Shown piece after piece: positions 18,731 to 27,228 of a stretch of 64,000 nucleotides of DNA. Each line of letters begins with the position of its first letter. Position 1 is the stretch's first letter. Source of the stretch: a virus. The notes beneath the pieces are model-generated. The model made no database searches. It had not been told where the DNA came from and saw only the letters and a list, made by a program, of their open reading frames with translations. The position numbers and the translations under genes were made by a program. The stretch lies in IMG/VR virus record IMGVR_UViG_3300021137_000010, positions 6,607 through 70,606 of that record; one strand, written 5' to 3'.

Positions 18731-19672
18731 TTACTTCTTCGATGCCTTGAATGGTGTCATGCCACCAGTATTTGCACCGAGGTTGACTTCGTTCCAAGCT
18801 GGTTGGTACGAACCTTCCTTGAGCTCAGTCAGGTTAGCTGTGATACACGCTTGAATTGCAGCAATATTTGCAGCACGTTGGCCAGAGAACTGACGGGTGA
18901 CAAGTACGTTCTGCACTGCAAGACTGTTGTTGTTATACACTGCAATGTTCTTGTAATTCAGAGCCTTCACTTTGTATGGATCGCCGATTGGAGCATCAAA
19001 CGGAACCATTGTCAGACCACTTGATTGGTTGAGTGCTTTGACGGTGCCAGAAGGCCAGCCAGAAACTGTGAATGCAGCCGCAACTTGCCCCTTCTTGACC
19101 ATGTCGAATGCGGCGTTGTCGTCCTTGACGTCCACAAATTGCATGCCGTAACCGAATTGCTTGTCGAGCCGACGACCAAGGAGTTGGGCAGACCCAACCA
19201 ACGCGACAGGCTTGCCACGCAGCTCGCTGAAACGACCAATTACAACCGTAGTCGCATCGCCTTTCATAAAGCCGCCAAACTTCTTCTCGCCTTGCACGGT
19301 AAAGCCGGCCGATGCAGTAATTACATGTAGGTAGTTGTTGTTGACTGGCATCACAGACTGCAGAGCCGCAACATTGTCGTCACCATTCTTCATGTCTGTC
19401 CAAGTATCGACTGACACGAACCCGACGTCAGCTTCTTTGGTAGACAGCGCATTCAGGTTATCGAGGCCGCCACCAGTATTGATTTCACAAAGATTGACCT
19501 TAGCGCCACACAGCTTTGTTACGTCAGCGAACAATAGAGAAAATCCTTTGCCTTTAGGGCCGGTGGCGACCTTAACGCCGTCACAATCAGCAGTAGGAGC
19601 ACCATCAGCGGGTGCAGCGAAGGTAGTAGCGCAAGCCAGGGCCAGCAGAGAAGCAGTGAAAACTTTTTTCAT
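18731..19672 (-). CDS. TAXI-family TRAP solute-binding protein-like
   Basis: signal peptide; ATGPKGKGFS, TGGGLDNL, ADVGFVSVD, YLHVI, ELRGKPVA. Confidence 0.8.
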   Translation of the reverse strand: MKKVFTASLLALACATTFAAPADGAPTADCDGVKVATGPKGKGFSLLFADVTKLCGAKVNLCEINTGGGLDNLNALSTKEADVGFVSVDTWTDMKNGDDNVAALQSVMPVNNNYLHVITASAGFTVQGEKKFGGFMKGDATTVVIGRFSELRGKPVALVGSAQLLGRRLDKQFGYGMQFVDVKDDNAAFDMVKKGQVAAAFTVSGWPSGTVKALNQSSGLTMVPFDAPIGDPYKVKALNYKNIAVYNNNSLAVQNVLVTRQFSGQRAANIAAIQACITANLTELKEGSYQPAWNEVNLGANTGGMTPFKASKK

Positions 19673-19682
19673 AACGTATCCT

Positions 19683-19820
19683 TTAGAAATTAAATTTGGT
19701 TTGGGGTTGAGTGGAAGCAGGTTGGATAGATGATGGATCATCTTTCGTGAACACTGCGTACGCGATGACCGCAATGAATATCGCAGACGCCAAGTACTTG
19801 AAAAGTTTGTAGAAATCCAT
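19683..19820 (-). CDS. 45-aa single-TM protein (below cutoff)
   Basis: MDFYKLFKYLASAIFIAVIAYAVFTKDD...; GAGGA RBS. Confidence 0.55.
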   Translation of the reverse strand: MDFYKLFKYLASAIFIAVIAYAVFTKDDPSSIQPASTQPQTKFNF

Positions 19821-19880
19821 TTAGGTCCTCATGTTGTGTTGATGGGCCGATTATTACCAAAGTCGAAATTGTGCTCAACC

Positions 19881-20318
19881 CTAAAGTAACGCGAAGTCAT
19901 GCATCTCTAGGTCTTTCAACTTCCAATGAACAGCGTTCCACAGAGCGGTATCACCCCAGTCATAGATGTCTTCGAAATTCCAGATGATCTGCTTCTGTTG
20001 GATGTCTGTTAGGTACCCAATAGCCTCAAACTCACGTTTTGCTTGGATTGCATTTTCTGCATTCATAAAGATTATGTGCTGTGCCCAGTTTATCAGGTTA
20101 CAGCTCATTGGCACGAGTGCGATTTTTACATTCGATCCAGCTGCGCGTGCATTATATCCAAGACTGGATGCAACCATTTGAGCGGTTGGGCTACGAAGCA
20201 TTCCAACCGAACAGACAAAAAGCAATCGCCTTGCCTTTGTCTGGTTGTAGTTGTCGTACGGACACAGATCACTAAAGATCTGCTCCGTTTTAGTCTGCTT
20301 GTTTGCGGAGGTACTCAT
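19881..20318 (-). CDS. low-molecular-weight protein tyrosine phosphatase-like protein
   Basis: LLFVCSVGMLRSPTA (CX5R), RAAG, WAQHIIFM, EDIY. Confidence 0.85.
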   Translation of the reverse strand: MSTSANKQTKTEQIFSDLCPYDNYNQTKARRLLFVCSVGMLRSPTAQMVASSLGYNARAAGSNVKIALVPMSCNLINWAQHIIFMNAENAIQAKREFEAIGYLTDIQQKQIIWNFEDIYDWGDTALWNAVHWKLKDLEMHDFALL

Positions 20319-20369
20319 TTGAGATAGCTGTTTGCATAAATAGATGCACAAGTATATTGTTTTGTATAA

Positions 20370-21209
20370 ATGTCGTCAACCTTTGTTCCAACTTTTCTAT
20401 ACATCAAGCGACACAAGATAACTGGGTTGTTGTATTTCGGAAAAACCATTAGAAACCCTGAAAAATACAAAGGGTCTGGCAAGTATTGGTTGCGGCATTG
20501 TGCTGCACACGGTACCGAGCATGTTGAGACTTTGTGGTACTGTCTATTTGTTGATTTGGATACGCTACAAGAATTTGCATTAGCGTTTTCACGACAACAA
20601 TCCATCGCGGTCGACGAAGGATGGGCGAACCTCATTGACGAGAATGGAACCAATGGCGCACCAGTCGGGCACGCGGGGGTAGTGTTTTCTCCTGAAAGTT
20701 TACAAACGATATCCGAAAAGTCTAAACAAAGTTGGGCGATAAATCGCGATAGGATCAGCAATGCACAGAGAGCAGCTGCAAACACTCCTGAACGGTTAGC
20801 ACAGTATTCGAAGAACTCCAAGTTATATTGGGAGAATGCTGACGAGGAGCGGCGAGAACAACAACGGGCGATTGTTAGACGGTTGGACAACTCAAAGTTT
20901 TTAGCATTATCCAAACAGCCGAAAACCGAAGAACACAAAAGAAAAATTGCACAAGCGCTAACCGGGCGACAGCGAACTCCAGAGAATGTGCGAACACAAC
21001 GCATTGCTCGTTCGAAACACAAAGGCAAATTCAGAGACCACAATGGCGTTGTATATGAGCAGGCTATTGATTTTTTAGATGCGTATGAGTTGTATGCTTC
21101 ATTTTTGGATACGCTCGACAGTCCGGTGAAGCACAAAAGCGCCAGACGAAAACTCGGAATAGAAAAATCCACCCTAACGAAGCGTGAGTTAGGGATGGAT
21201 TTTGTTTAG
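20370..21209 (+). CDS. GIY-YIG-type free-standing homing endonuclease
   Basis: LYIK.H..TGLLYFGKT...YKGSGKYW...WANL; NUMOD-like 'KTEEHKRKIAQALTG'; TAAATA at 20337. Confidence 0.85.
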   Translation: MSSTFVPTFLYIKRHKITGLLYFGKTIRNPEKYKGSGKYWLRHCAAHGTEHVETLWYCLFVDLDTLQEFALAFSRQQSIAVDEGWANLIDENGTNGAPVGHAGVVFSPESLQTISEKSKQSWAINRDRISNAQRAAANTPERLAQYSKNSKLYWENADEERREQQRAIVRRLDNSKFLALSKQPKTEEHKRKIAQALTGRQRTPENVRTQRIARSKHKGKFRDHNGVVYEQAIDFLDAYELYASFLDTLDSPVKHKSARRKLGIEKSTLTKRELGMDFV

Positions 21210-21937
21210 TCTTTGGATTTCACCAAATAAGCGTTAGAAATCGCTTTCCAGGTGAGACGCTTGCGAGATTTAGCCTTAAACACGAGACCTTCACGTTTCG
21301 TTTTCGGGTTGATGACTGACGGACCGTCTGCCATTTTGATCACATCATCGATTGTCATGTCACCAAACGACCAATTCGCGTCAACCAGTGGAGCTTCCAT
21401 AAAACCAAACTTTGCCGCAAATTCATGGCGTTCGTCAGGGTCCATGTATCGACCGCCTTCGTTAGGCAGCTGCACGTCAAATAGACGGAACTGGTGCTTG
21501 TCCAATTTGTAGATGTTGTCCTGAATACCAGGGCCAATTGCTTCGCCTTGGATTGCAATGTCTTGACCAAACTGGAGAAGGCGAGATTCTGCTTCAATGG
21601 CTGGCGAACGAGCAAGATCCCAGAATGTGTTACCTTCAGTTTCCTTGAGGTCCAAATTACGAGAGGCAACACCAAATTCACCGTCGAGAATGTACATCGT
21701 GCAAGAGGAACCTTCACACTTTTCCTGCACTTCGTACTCTTCTGCTTGCAACGTACCGTTGTTGAAGGCGCGCGTCAGGTTTTGGATGCGTTCTTGATCA
21801 GTCTTGACGATACGGGACGGGAAGTTACCACGAGCCATACCAGCAAGTTGAGCAGAGATTGGGGCTTCCCACTTTTGAATACCGAGTACTTCTGTCAGGT
21901 CAATACCCTCTTCAATTTTAATCAATAGTGTGTTCAT
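21206..21937 (-). CDS. RNA ligase (DRB0094/Rnl5-like), C-terminal nucleotidyltransferase part
   Basis: FPSRIVKTDQERIQN, EKCEGSS, IQGE, FRLFD, REGLVFK, KAISNAYL; own ATG overlaps the GIY-YIG stop region. Confidence 0.85.
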   Translation of the reverse strand: MNTLLIKIEEGIDLTEVLGIQKWEAPISAQLAGMARGNFPSRIVKTDQERIQNLTRAFNNGTLQAEEYEVQEKCEGSSCTMYILDGEFGVASRNLDLKETEGNTFWDLARSPAIEAESRLLQFGQDIAIQGEAIGPGIQDNIYKLDKHQFRLFDVQLPNEGGRYMDPDERHEFAAKFGFMEAPLVDANWSFGDMTIDDVIKMADGPSVINPKTKREGLVFKAKSRKRLTWKAISNAYLVKSKD

Positions 21938-22811
21938 TTTGTTTAATCGCTTTGCAAAATTTTCTAAAATCTGTATATCCAAGTTCGCGCACCCATTTTC
22001 GTAACACCCAACTCGATATTCCAAACGTGTATTCGAGGTTAGCCATTGATGTTTTCGTAGACTGAATGTGTTGTATGATATCTGCTTTTGGTTTTGGGGG
22101 GAACTCAACATAGTTGGGGTTGCTTTCACCTGAAAACTGTTGGCGGCGCTTTTCACGCTCAACAGCAGCCTTTTCCTCTCCAAACACCTGCTCGTAAGTC
22201 ATTCCCAACCGTGCTTTACCCATCTTTTCTTTTGAAGCAGCAGAATGTTGCTTCCCTGTGAAAGTTCCCACTTGGCCCGCTTTCCATTTCGTATACTCGG
22301 GGGGTGCTATTCCTCGTTCTTTGTTGGTGGTGCTTATTTTTGCTGCTATTTCGGCTTTTTGTTCTGTGGTGTAGCTCTGCTGTCTTTTAGTCGCGGCGGA
22401 AGCCATATTTGCGCGTTGTTCCGGAGTGCGTTTTTGCCCAGTTCGAGATAGTGCCTGCCGCTTATATATTTCTGCACGGTTAGGATTATGTTTAAGCACA
22501 AACCCACCCTCACCACCTTCGGTCATATTATAGTTACCAAACGAGTGTTCTGCATTTAATTCTTTAATCCAATATTTTTCCCGCTCTGTTAACTCTTCTG
22601 TTGTTGCACAGACTTCTAAAATATCAATCGAAAAGTTTTCAGCGCCGTGTTTTCTAATTGAGTTATACAGAGGGCGGTGCGATGTCAGTGCGTCACGCTG
22701 GTGTCGAGCCCACCGCTCTTCGATCAGCCGTTCGGTCTTCCCAACATATATTCGGCCGTTGATATTATTTGTTATCCGGTAGATTACCACTTTGTGTTCC
22801 CGTAGTTGCAT
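21918..22811 (-). CDS. GIY-YIG homing endonuclease with NUMOD3-like repeats, inserted in the RNA ligase gene
   Basis: VIYRITNNINGRIYVGKT...RW..H...EKYWI...YNMTEGG. Confidence 0.92.
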   Translation of the reverse strand: MQLREHKVVIYRITNNINGRIYVGKTERLIEERWARHQRDALTSHRPLYNSIRKHGAENFSIDILEVCATTEELTEREKYWIKELNAEHSFGNYNMTEGGEGGFVLKHNPNRAEIYKRQALSRTGQKRTPEQRANMASAATKRQQSYTTEQKAEIAAKISTTNKERGIAPPEYTKWKAGQVGTFTGKQHSAASKEKMGKARLGMTYEQVFGEEKAAVEREKRRQQFSGESNPNYVEFPPKPKADIIQHIQSTKTSMANLEYTFGISSWVLRKWVRELGYTDFRKFCKAIKQNEHTID

Positions 22812-23172
22812 CGTATGTAGTATTTATACGAATGAACTGTTCATCCCCTATTGTTTCTATAGTACCAATAGCCGAGAGTGGGAGGAGCAAGCCTTGGCTC
22901 AACGCTCCACGCAAGCGTATGGTTCGCAACTTTTCACCTTCCGCACTGTTGTATGTCTTCGGGAAGTGACCAGGCTTCGTCAGAAACGGGGCAAGTGCGG
23001 TCGGAATGAACGAGTCGATTTCAAAATAAGTCGCAAGATCACCAACAGAGAATTCACCCTTTTTGACAACAATATCCCAGTTGAGCACACGCGCAACTTC
23101 GATAGCATCAGCACCTTCAATAGGCGAGATGGAGACGATTTTTTGAATGGAAGCAAGTTTTCGTTCAGTCAT
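22765..23172 (-). CDS. RNA ligase (DRB0094/Rnl5-like), N-terminal OB-domain part
   Basis: RKLASIQKI...PIEGADAIE...YFEIDSFIP...LRGALSQGLLLP. Confidence 0.85.
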   Translation of the reverse strand: MTERKLASIQKIVSISPIEGADAIEVARVLNWDIVVKKGEFSVGDLATYFEIDSFIPTALAPFLTKPGHFPKTYNSAEGEKLRTIRLRGALSQGLLLPLSAIGTIETIGDEQFIRINTTYDATTGTQSGNLPDNK

Positions 23173-23420
23173 AGTAATACCTCAATAATTATGGTAATGG
23201 CAACGAGTGTTACCGTTTGGTGTTGGGAACAATAATTAACAATTGTCAGCATTTTAAGCAGTGTGCTCTACATCCCATTCCACATAGTTACGCCAGTCCG
23301 TCTCGGTAGCAGCGAAATCATCTTTCCATACAAGTGCTTCTACCTCGTCGGAAAATACCTTCACCACTGATTCAAATACATCACAAAAGTTGTAGTAGCA
23401 CTGATAACCGAGATAGACTT

Positions 23421-23639
23421 TCATGTGGTCTCCGTTGGGATCATTCCAAAAGCAGCGATAATTTCTTCGGCAGCGTCTTCGTAATCTTCTTCGTCCATCC
23501 CGTCATCAGATCCGCAACCATATCCCCTGTGGAACGTAGTGGTGAACTTGGACATGATAACAACGATCTTCTCGCGCATTTCGAACTCAGCTTTGGAGCA
23601 CTTGCTGTACTCTGGATCTTCGTTGTAATACTTTACCAT
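23421..23639 (-). CDS. hypothetical acidic protein
   Basis: AAGGAG RBS; follows an early promoter. Confidence 0.6.
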   Translation of the reverse strand: MVKYYNEDPEYSKCSKAEFEMREKIVVIMSKFTTTFHRGYGCGSDDGMDEEDYEDAAEEIIAAFGMIPTETT

Positions 23640-23670
23640 CGTGGGCTCCTTATCTGTCGTCAATAGGGTA

Positions 23671-23698
23671 ATTATCCCCCATTCTCGCAAAAGGTCAA
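23671..23698 (-). promoter_or_regulatory. sigma70-like early promoter
   Basis: TTGACC-N16-GATAAT. Confidence 0.7.
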
Positions 23699-23701
23699 CA
23701 G

Positions 23702-24307
23702 TTAGTACAAAGATTTGTGTGGCGTACCGAGCATTACTTTGGTGTGAGGCTCTCCACCAATGATGCGGGTGTAAAAGTAATTTTTTAGATCTGGGTGGCG
23801 AATGACCTCTGGATCATCCTCAGCAGGACGAGTCGCCTCGTCCCCACGTTGAGCGAGCATTTTTACCGCCTCGTTGAACGGTATCAGGTACGGAGCGAGA
23901 TCGAGTTGTTTGCGAGCGAATGACAACGCTTTACCAGACACTTCACCGTAGCTACGACCTTGCATCAAGTCAGCAACGGTCATGTCTGCGGCCGCTTTTC
24001 TACCTTCTGGAGAACCGTCAGTAGCCACAGCCACGCGCTTTCTGCCAAGGGTATCCTTATACATCCCGACCGCTACGATTCTACCTGCGGTGCGAGCTAC
24101 TTTCCAGAATGGAATATTTGCTACCATATCGTCAGGAGAACGGAATCCAGATCCAGCAATTCCGCCTTGGTCAGCATACGCTTTTTGAAGCATAGCATAT
24201 ATCTGATCTTTAAGTTCGTTTTTCTTCTCAGTATCGCGGGGTAACAGATTGGTATACCGCTCAGTTAAGCTAATGCTGAGTTGTTTAAACAAGGGAAATG
24301 ACGACAT
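23702..24307 (-). CDS. late hypothetical protein (possible internal virion protein)
   Basis: TAAATA at 24329-24334; N-terminal 'FKQLSISLTE'. Confidence 0.7.
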   Translation of the reverse strand: MSSFPLFKQLSISLTERYTNLLPRDTEKKNELKDQIYAMLQKAYADQGGIAGSGFRSPDDMVANIPFWKVARTAGRIVAVGMYKDTLGRKRVAVATDGSPEGRKAAADMTVADLMQGRSYGEVSGKALSFARKQLDLAPYLIPFNEAVKMLAQRGDEATRPAEDDPEVIRHPDLKNYFYTRIIGGEPHTKVMLGTPHKSLY

Positions 24308-24308
24308 G

Positions 24309-24833
24309 CTACAGATAGTTGATCTTCTTATTTAGTATCGACACGATCGACTCAGCATTTGCAGTAGTCATTCTGTGACCGCCACTGCTCCAAACCACGT
24401 CATATTTGTGGAAGTATCCAGCAGCATATTCAGGTAACACAATATCATCATCGTAACACAGTACGACTGACCGAGTGGACGAAGGCGATGATGGAGCTGG
24501 TGCAGAAAGAGCAAGTTCGCGCAGCTCCGGTAACGCAGCAGGATCGATTCGACTAACTTCATACGGGCGAAGCGACGGATTGTAGAAAATCACATGGACG
24601 ACCCGACGTACTGCTACGTTTTCGGCGAAAAACCCACCCAGCGAGGACGCAATGATATACACATCATCTTCCGGAAATTGATCGACAAGTGCAAGTAGCG
24701 TTTCGAGAGCTTCTGCAGGTTTGTAATAATCTAACGTAGGAGCAATCAACCCAGGGACGAGGGTTTTAAACAGAGAAGCGGTGTCTCCGATACCGCTTGA
24801 TCCCCAACCGTGAATGTATATAAATTTGTTCAT
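24309..24833 (-). CDS. YqiA/YcfP-like alpha/beta hydrolase
   Basis: YIHGWGSS, ASSLGG, NPSL, DDIV, GGH. Confidence 0.85.
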   Translation of the reverse strand: MNKFIYIHGWGSSGIGDTASLFKTLVPGLIAPTLDYYKPAEALETLLALVDQFPEDDVYIIASSLGGFFAENVAVRRVVHVIFYNPSLRPYEVSRIDPAALPELRELALSAPAPSSPSSTRSVVLCYDDDIVLPEYAAGYFHKYDVVWSSGGHRMTTANAESIVSILNKKINYL

Positions 24834-24864
24834 GTGTGTATGATCCTACAAAACAAGACGAAGG

Positions 24865-25155
24865 TCAACGGCGCATTCTTGCTATATCTGTTATATGTGC
24901 TGTATCAAACACTGGTACCGCATTTGATTTCGCCATTTGACTCACCCCCAGCATCTTTTCGCCAGTGTATTGCAGAACGGGTTTGAGAGCTGTTGTTCCA
25001 CCTGGCGTAACACGACTGCGAAGCTTTGGTGTGTTACGCGCATTGGCGCTCGTGTCAATAGGTGTCCACGGCTTTATTCCAGAGGGAGTGGGCCCTCTTC
25101 CAAATCTTTTGATAGTGCTGCGCTGGACTTTGGGAGAATAGTCAATCTTTTTCAT
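24865..25155 (-). CDS. basic hypothetical protein
   Basis: C-terminal 'YTGEKMLG...KSNAVPVF...DIARMRR'. Confidence 0.7.
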   Translation of the reverse strand: MKKIDYSPKVQRSTIKRFGRGPTPSGIKPWTPIDTSANARNTPKLRSRVTPGGTTALKPVLQYTGEKMLGVSQMAKSNAVPVFDTAHITDIARMRR

Positions 25156-25546
25156 ATAACCAAGGCTTTTGATTCTTTCGTTCACTAATACGAGAAAGAA
25201 TTAGTGTACGAGAATCAGAAGTTGGGGTCCAGTCGTTATACAATACTGTTGGGAATCCATCAAAGTTTTGTGTACGACTTTCCGCAACAAAGTATCCACG
25301 ATGTCGCATTTCTTGCTTGAGATGCTCATATCGCTGTTCGAGATATTTCAACTTATCGAAAAAATATGATACGTGCCCTTTATTGAGAGTAAATGTTTTA
25401 GGAATACTTGCAATAATATCATTGATATTCCGAGTACGAAGCGAGCGACGTAATGCTGCCGGTACCATTAGAGTTTCTCTGTACTCCGCAATCAAATGAC
25501 GACGGTGTAACTCAGACGGGTCGACGCCTGCATTTATTCTAGTCAT
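25142..25546 (-). CDS. denV: pyrimidine dimer DNA glycosylase / endonuclease V
   Basis: MTRIN....EL...HLIAEYRE; FTLNKGHVSYFFDKLKYL..RY. Confidence 0.92.
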   Translation of the reverse strand: MTRINAGVDPSELHRRHLIAEYRETLMVPAALRRSLRTRNINDIIASIPKTFTLNKGHVSYFFDKLKYLEQRYEHLKQEMRHRGYFVAESRTQNFDGFPTVLYNDWTPTSDSRTLILSRISERKNQKPWLYEKD

Positions 25547-26130
25547 GTTAATATATTATCAGTGCGGTTAGGAAATTGGTTACGAGATGGCTTGCGTTTA
25601 AAACTCGCACGTGGACGGGCTTGCGTTTTCCATCCAGTTAAATCCCAAGTACGAGCATCGAGATTAATATGCACATCCCCCAACCACTCGTGTGGTAGTT
25701 CACGTGGGTCAAACTTACATTTCTTTTTACCATCTGTCATTCCAGCAAGGCGACGAGTTTCCACAGCATATTTTAAATCAGCAAGTGTATATTTGCGAAT
25801 CTTTCCAACCATCTCTCCGGCTTTAGTCGAGCTTACATTAACGATTAACCAGTAATCTGCAGTCGATATGGATATACCAGATGGGTTAGTATTTTTTGAT
25901 TGTTCGAATTCAATATCTACACTACCGTGAAACTGAAATTTTACTTCATATGTGGTACCAGTATCCGCATCAGTAAAATCAAATTCACTGTGGAAACCTT
26001 CTGCAATTGTTCGGTTCACAATTCCGACGAGATCAGCAAGTGCTTCTTCGGCGATCTTACTATAGTCGAAGCACTTTTTCATGCTCCAACCTGGCTGCAA
26101 TTTCCATAACCGGTCATGTTCAACAATCAT
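25543..26130 (-). CDS. putative PD-(D/E)XK nuclease-like protein
   Basis: 'EFDF...TYEVK' and 'PSGISISTADYW'. Confidence 0.55.
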   Translation of the reverse strand: MIVEHDRLWKLQPGWSMKKCFDYSKIAEEALADLVGIVNRTIAEGFHSEFDFTDADTGTTYEVKFQFHGSVDIEFEQSKNTNPSGISISTADYWLIVNVSSTKAGEMVGKIRKYTLADLKYAVETRRLAGMTDGKKKCKFDPRELPHEWLGDVHINLDARTWDLTGWKTQARPRASFKRKPSRNQFPNRTDNILT

Positions 26131-26161
26131 AGTATTCCCATATCAACATTTCAATAGTGGA

Positions 26162-26190
26162 AGTATCACTCTAATTGGCCGATCGGTCAA
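26162..26190 (-). promoter_or_regulatory. sigma70-like early promoter
   Basis: TTGACC-N17-GATACT. Confidence 0.6.
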
Positions 26191-26210
26191 CAGAGTTTCG
26201 ACAAAGACAT

Positions 26211-26239
26211 AAAAAAAGGGTGCATTGCACCCTTTTTTT
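26211..26239. terminator. bidirectional intrinsic terminator
   Basis: A7-GGGTGCA-T-TGCACCC-T7. Confidence 0.75.
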
Positions 26240-26265
26240 AAAGTGGGAAAACTATTCCGAAAAGC

Positions 26266-26574
26266 TTAGATGGTGCGGGTCGGAATGCCGAATTTAGCCA
26301 TGCGATTAGCTACTGTGGAGTGTGACACGCCTGCACGAGCAGCAATGGTGCGAAGCGATTCGCAGCGAGCCCAATAAGCAACAACAAGATTCGGAGCATA
26401 GAGCTGTTCACTCGGCCGGCCTGGCGACTTGACTGCCAAGCCAGCAGTCTTCAGGACGCGAGTAACAGTGGAGCCGGAGATCCCAAGCAACTTACCTGTA
26501 GTCTCACGCGAACCGGTCATTTTATATACAGTATTAATAGCGCGAACTGCAACGGAAGAGTTGGAAATAGACAT
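26266..26574 (-). CDS. tandem helix-turn-helix DNA-binding protein
   Basis: 'TGKLLGISGSTVTRVL' and 'SLRTIAARAGVSHSTVANRM'. Confidence 0.75.
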   Translation of the reverse strand: MSISNSSVAVRAINTVYKMTGSRETTGKLLGISGSTVTRVLKTAGLAVKSPGRPSEQLYAPNLVVAYWARCESLRTIAARAGVSHSTVANRMAKFGIPTRTI

Positions 26575-26660
26575 AAGGTTCCTTAAATTGGATAATTATC
26601 GAATACGCAGATGTGAATTACAAACTGCAGCCCCAATATTATCGAACTTAAGGATTGTGC

Positions 26661-27164
26661 TCAACTGATATACTGAGCTGCGAATTCGGCTGGCGTCAAT
26701 GCTGCAAGTGCTGTCGTTACGATAACTTCACCCAATTTGTTACACAGTAGTTTAATTTGGGCAAACGTGAACACACCGCTTTGGTATGCTTCTAGTGCAG
26801 TATCATATTGACGAGTACGAGACCACTTTTCAACACGTGCTGAGGCTTCTTTCTTGGCACGAGTAAATGCAGTAGTTGGGAACATAGTAGGACCAGTGAT
26901 TGCACGCGGGTCTGAAGCACGCAAGTCGTTACGTGCGCACCATGCATCAAACTCGTCAACGTACGAATCGAGTAGGTCAAACTTCAATGTAGATTCGTCA
27001 CCTTTGTTAGACTGCAGCAACCGAAAATCACCACGATTGCGATCTTCACCATCAGTGCGGTGGCACCCTGCGAGAAACGTATCCCGAACATCTTCAGCAC
27101 TACCGTAACCGTAGTACACGTTGGAGGTAAATGGACCAGAAACCTTATAAACAACTGTCGACAT
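26661..27164 (-). CDS. early hypothetical protein
   Basis: follows an early promoter. Confidence 0.7.
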   Translation of the reverse strand: MSTVVYKVSGPFTSNVYYGYGSAEDVRDTFLAGCHRTDGEDRNRGDFRLLQSNKGDESTLKFDLLDSYVDEFDAWCARNDLRASDPRAITGPTMFPTTAFTRAKKEASARVEKWSRTRQYDTALEAYQSGVFTFAQIKLLCNKLGEVIVTTALAALTPAEFAAQYIS

Positions 27165-27195
27165 TTTGCAACCCTTTTTGTTAACCGATAGGGGT

Positions 27196-27224
27196 ATTGT
27201 ACACCGCTATCGGCAAAAAGTCAA
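27196..27224 (-). promoter_or_regulatory. sigma70-like early promoter
   Basis: TTGACT-N17-TACAAT; the -10 box lies within a CCGATAG/CTATCGG inverted repeat. Confidence 0.7.
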
Positions 27225-27228
27225 CACT

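Noticed and set aside
20315-21172. 285-aa minus-strand ORF
   Set aside because: Antisense shadow of the GIY-YIG gene
21918-22811. Group I intron or intein in the RNA ligase
   Set aside because: The ORFs overlap with no spare sequence; no intein termini; out of frame with both ligase parts
23410-23423. 14-nt match to the nadM leader hairpin
   Set aside because: Opposite orientation; explained as the start (MKVYL) of a small ORF; the full stem is absent
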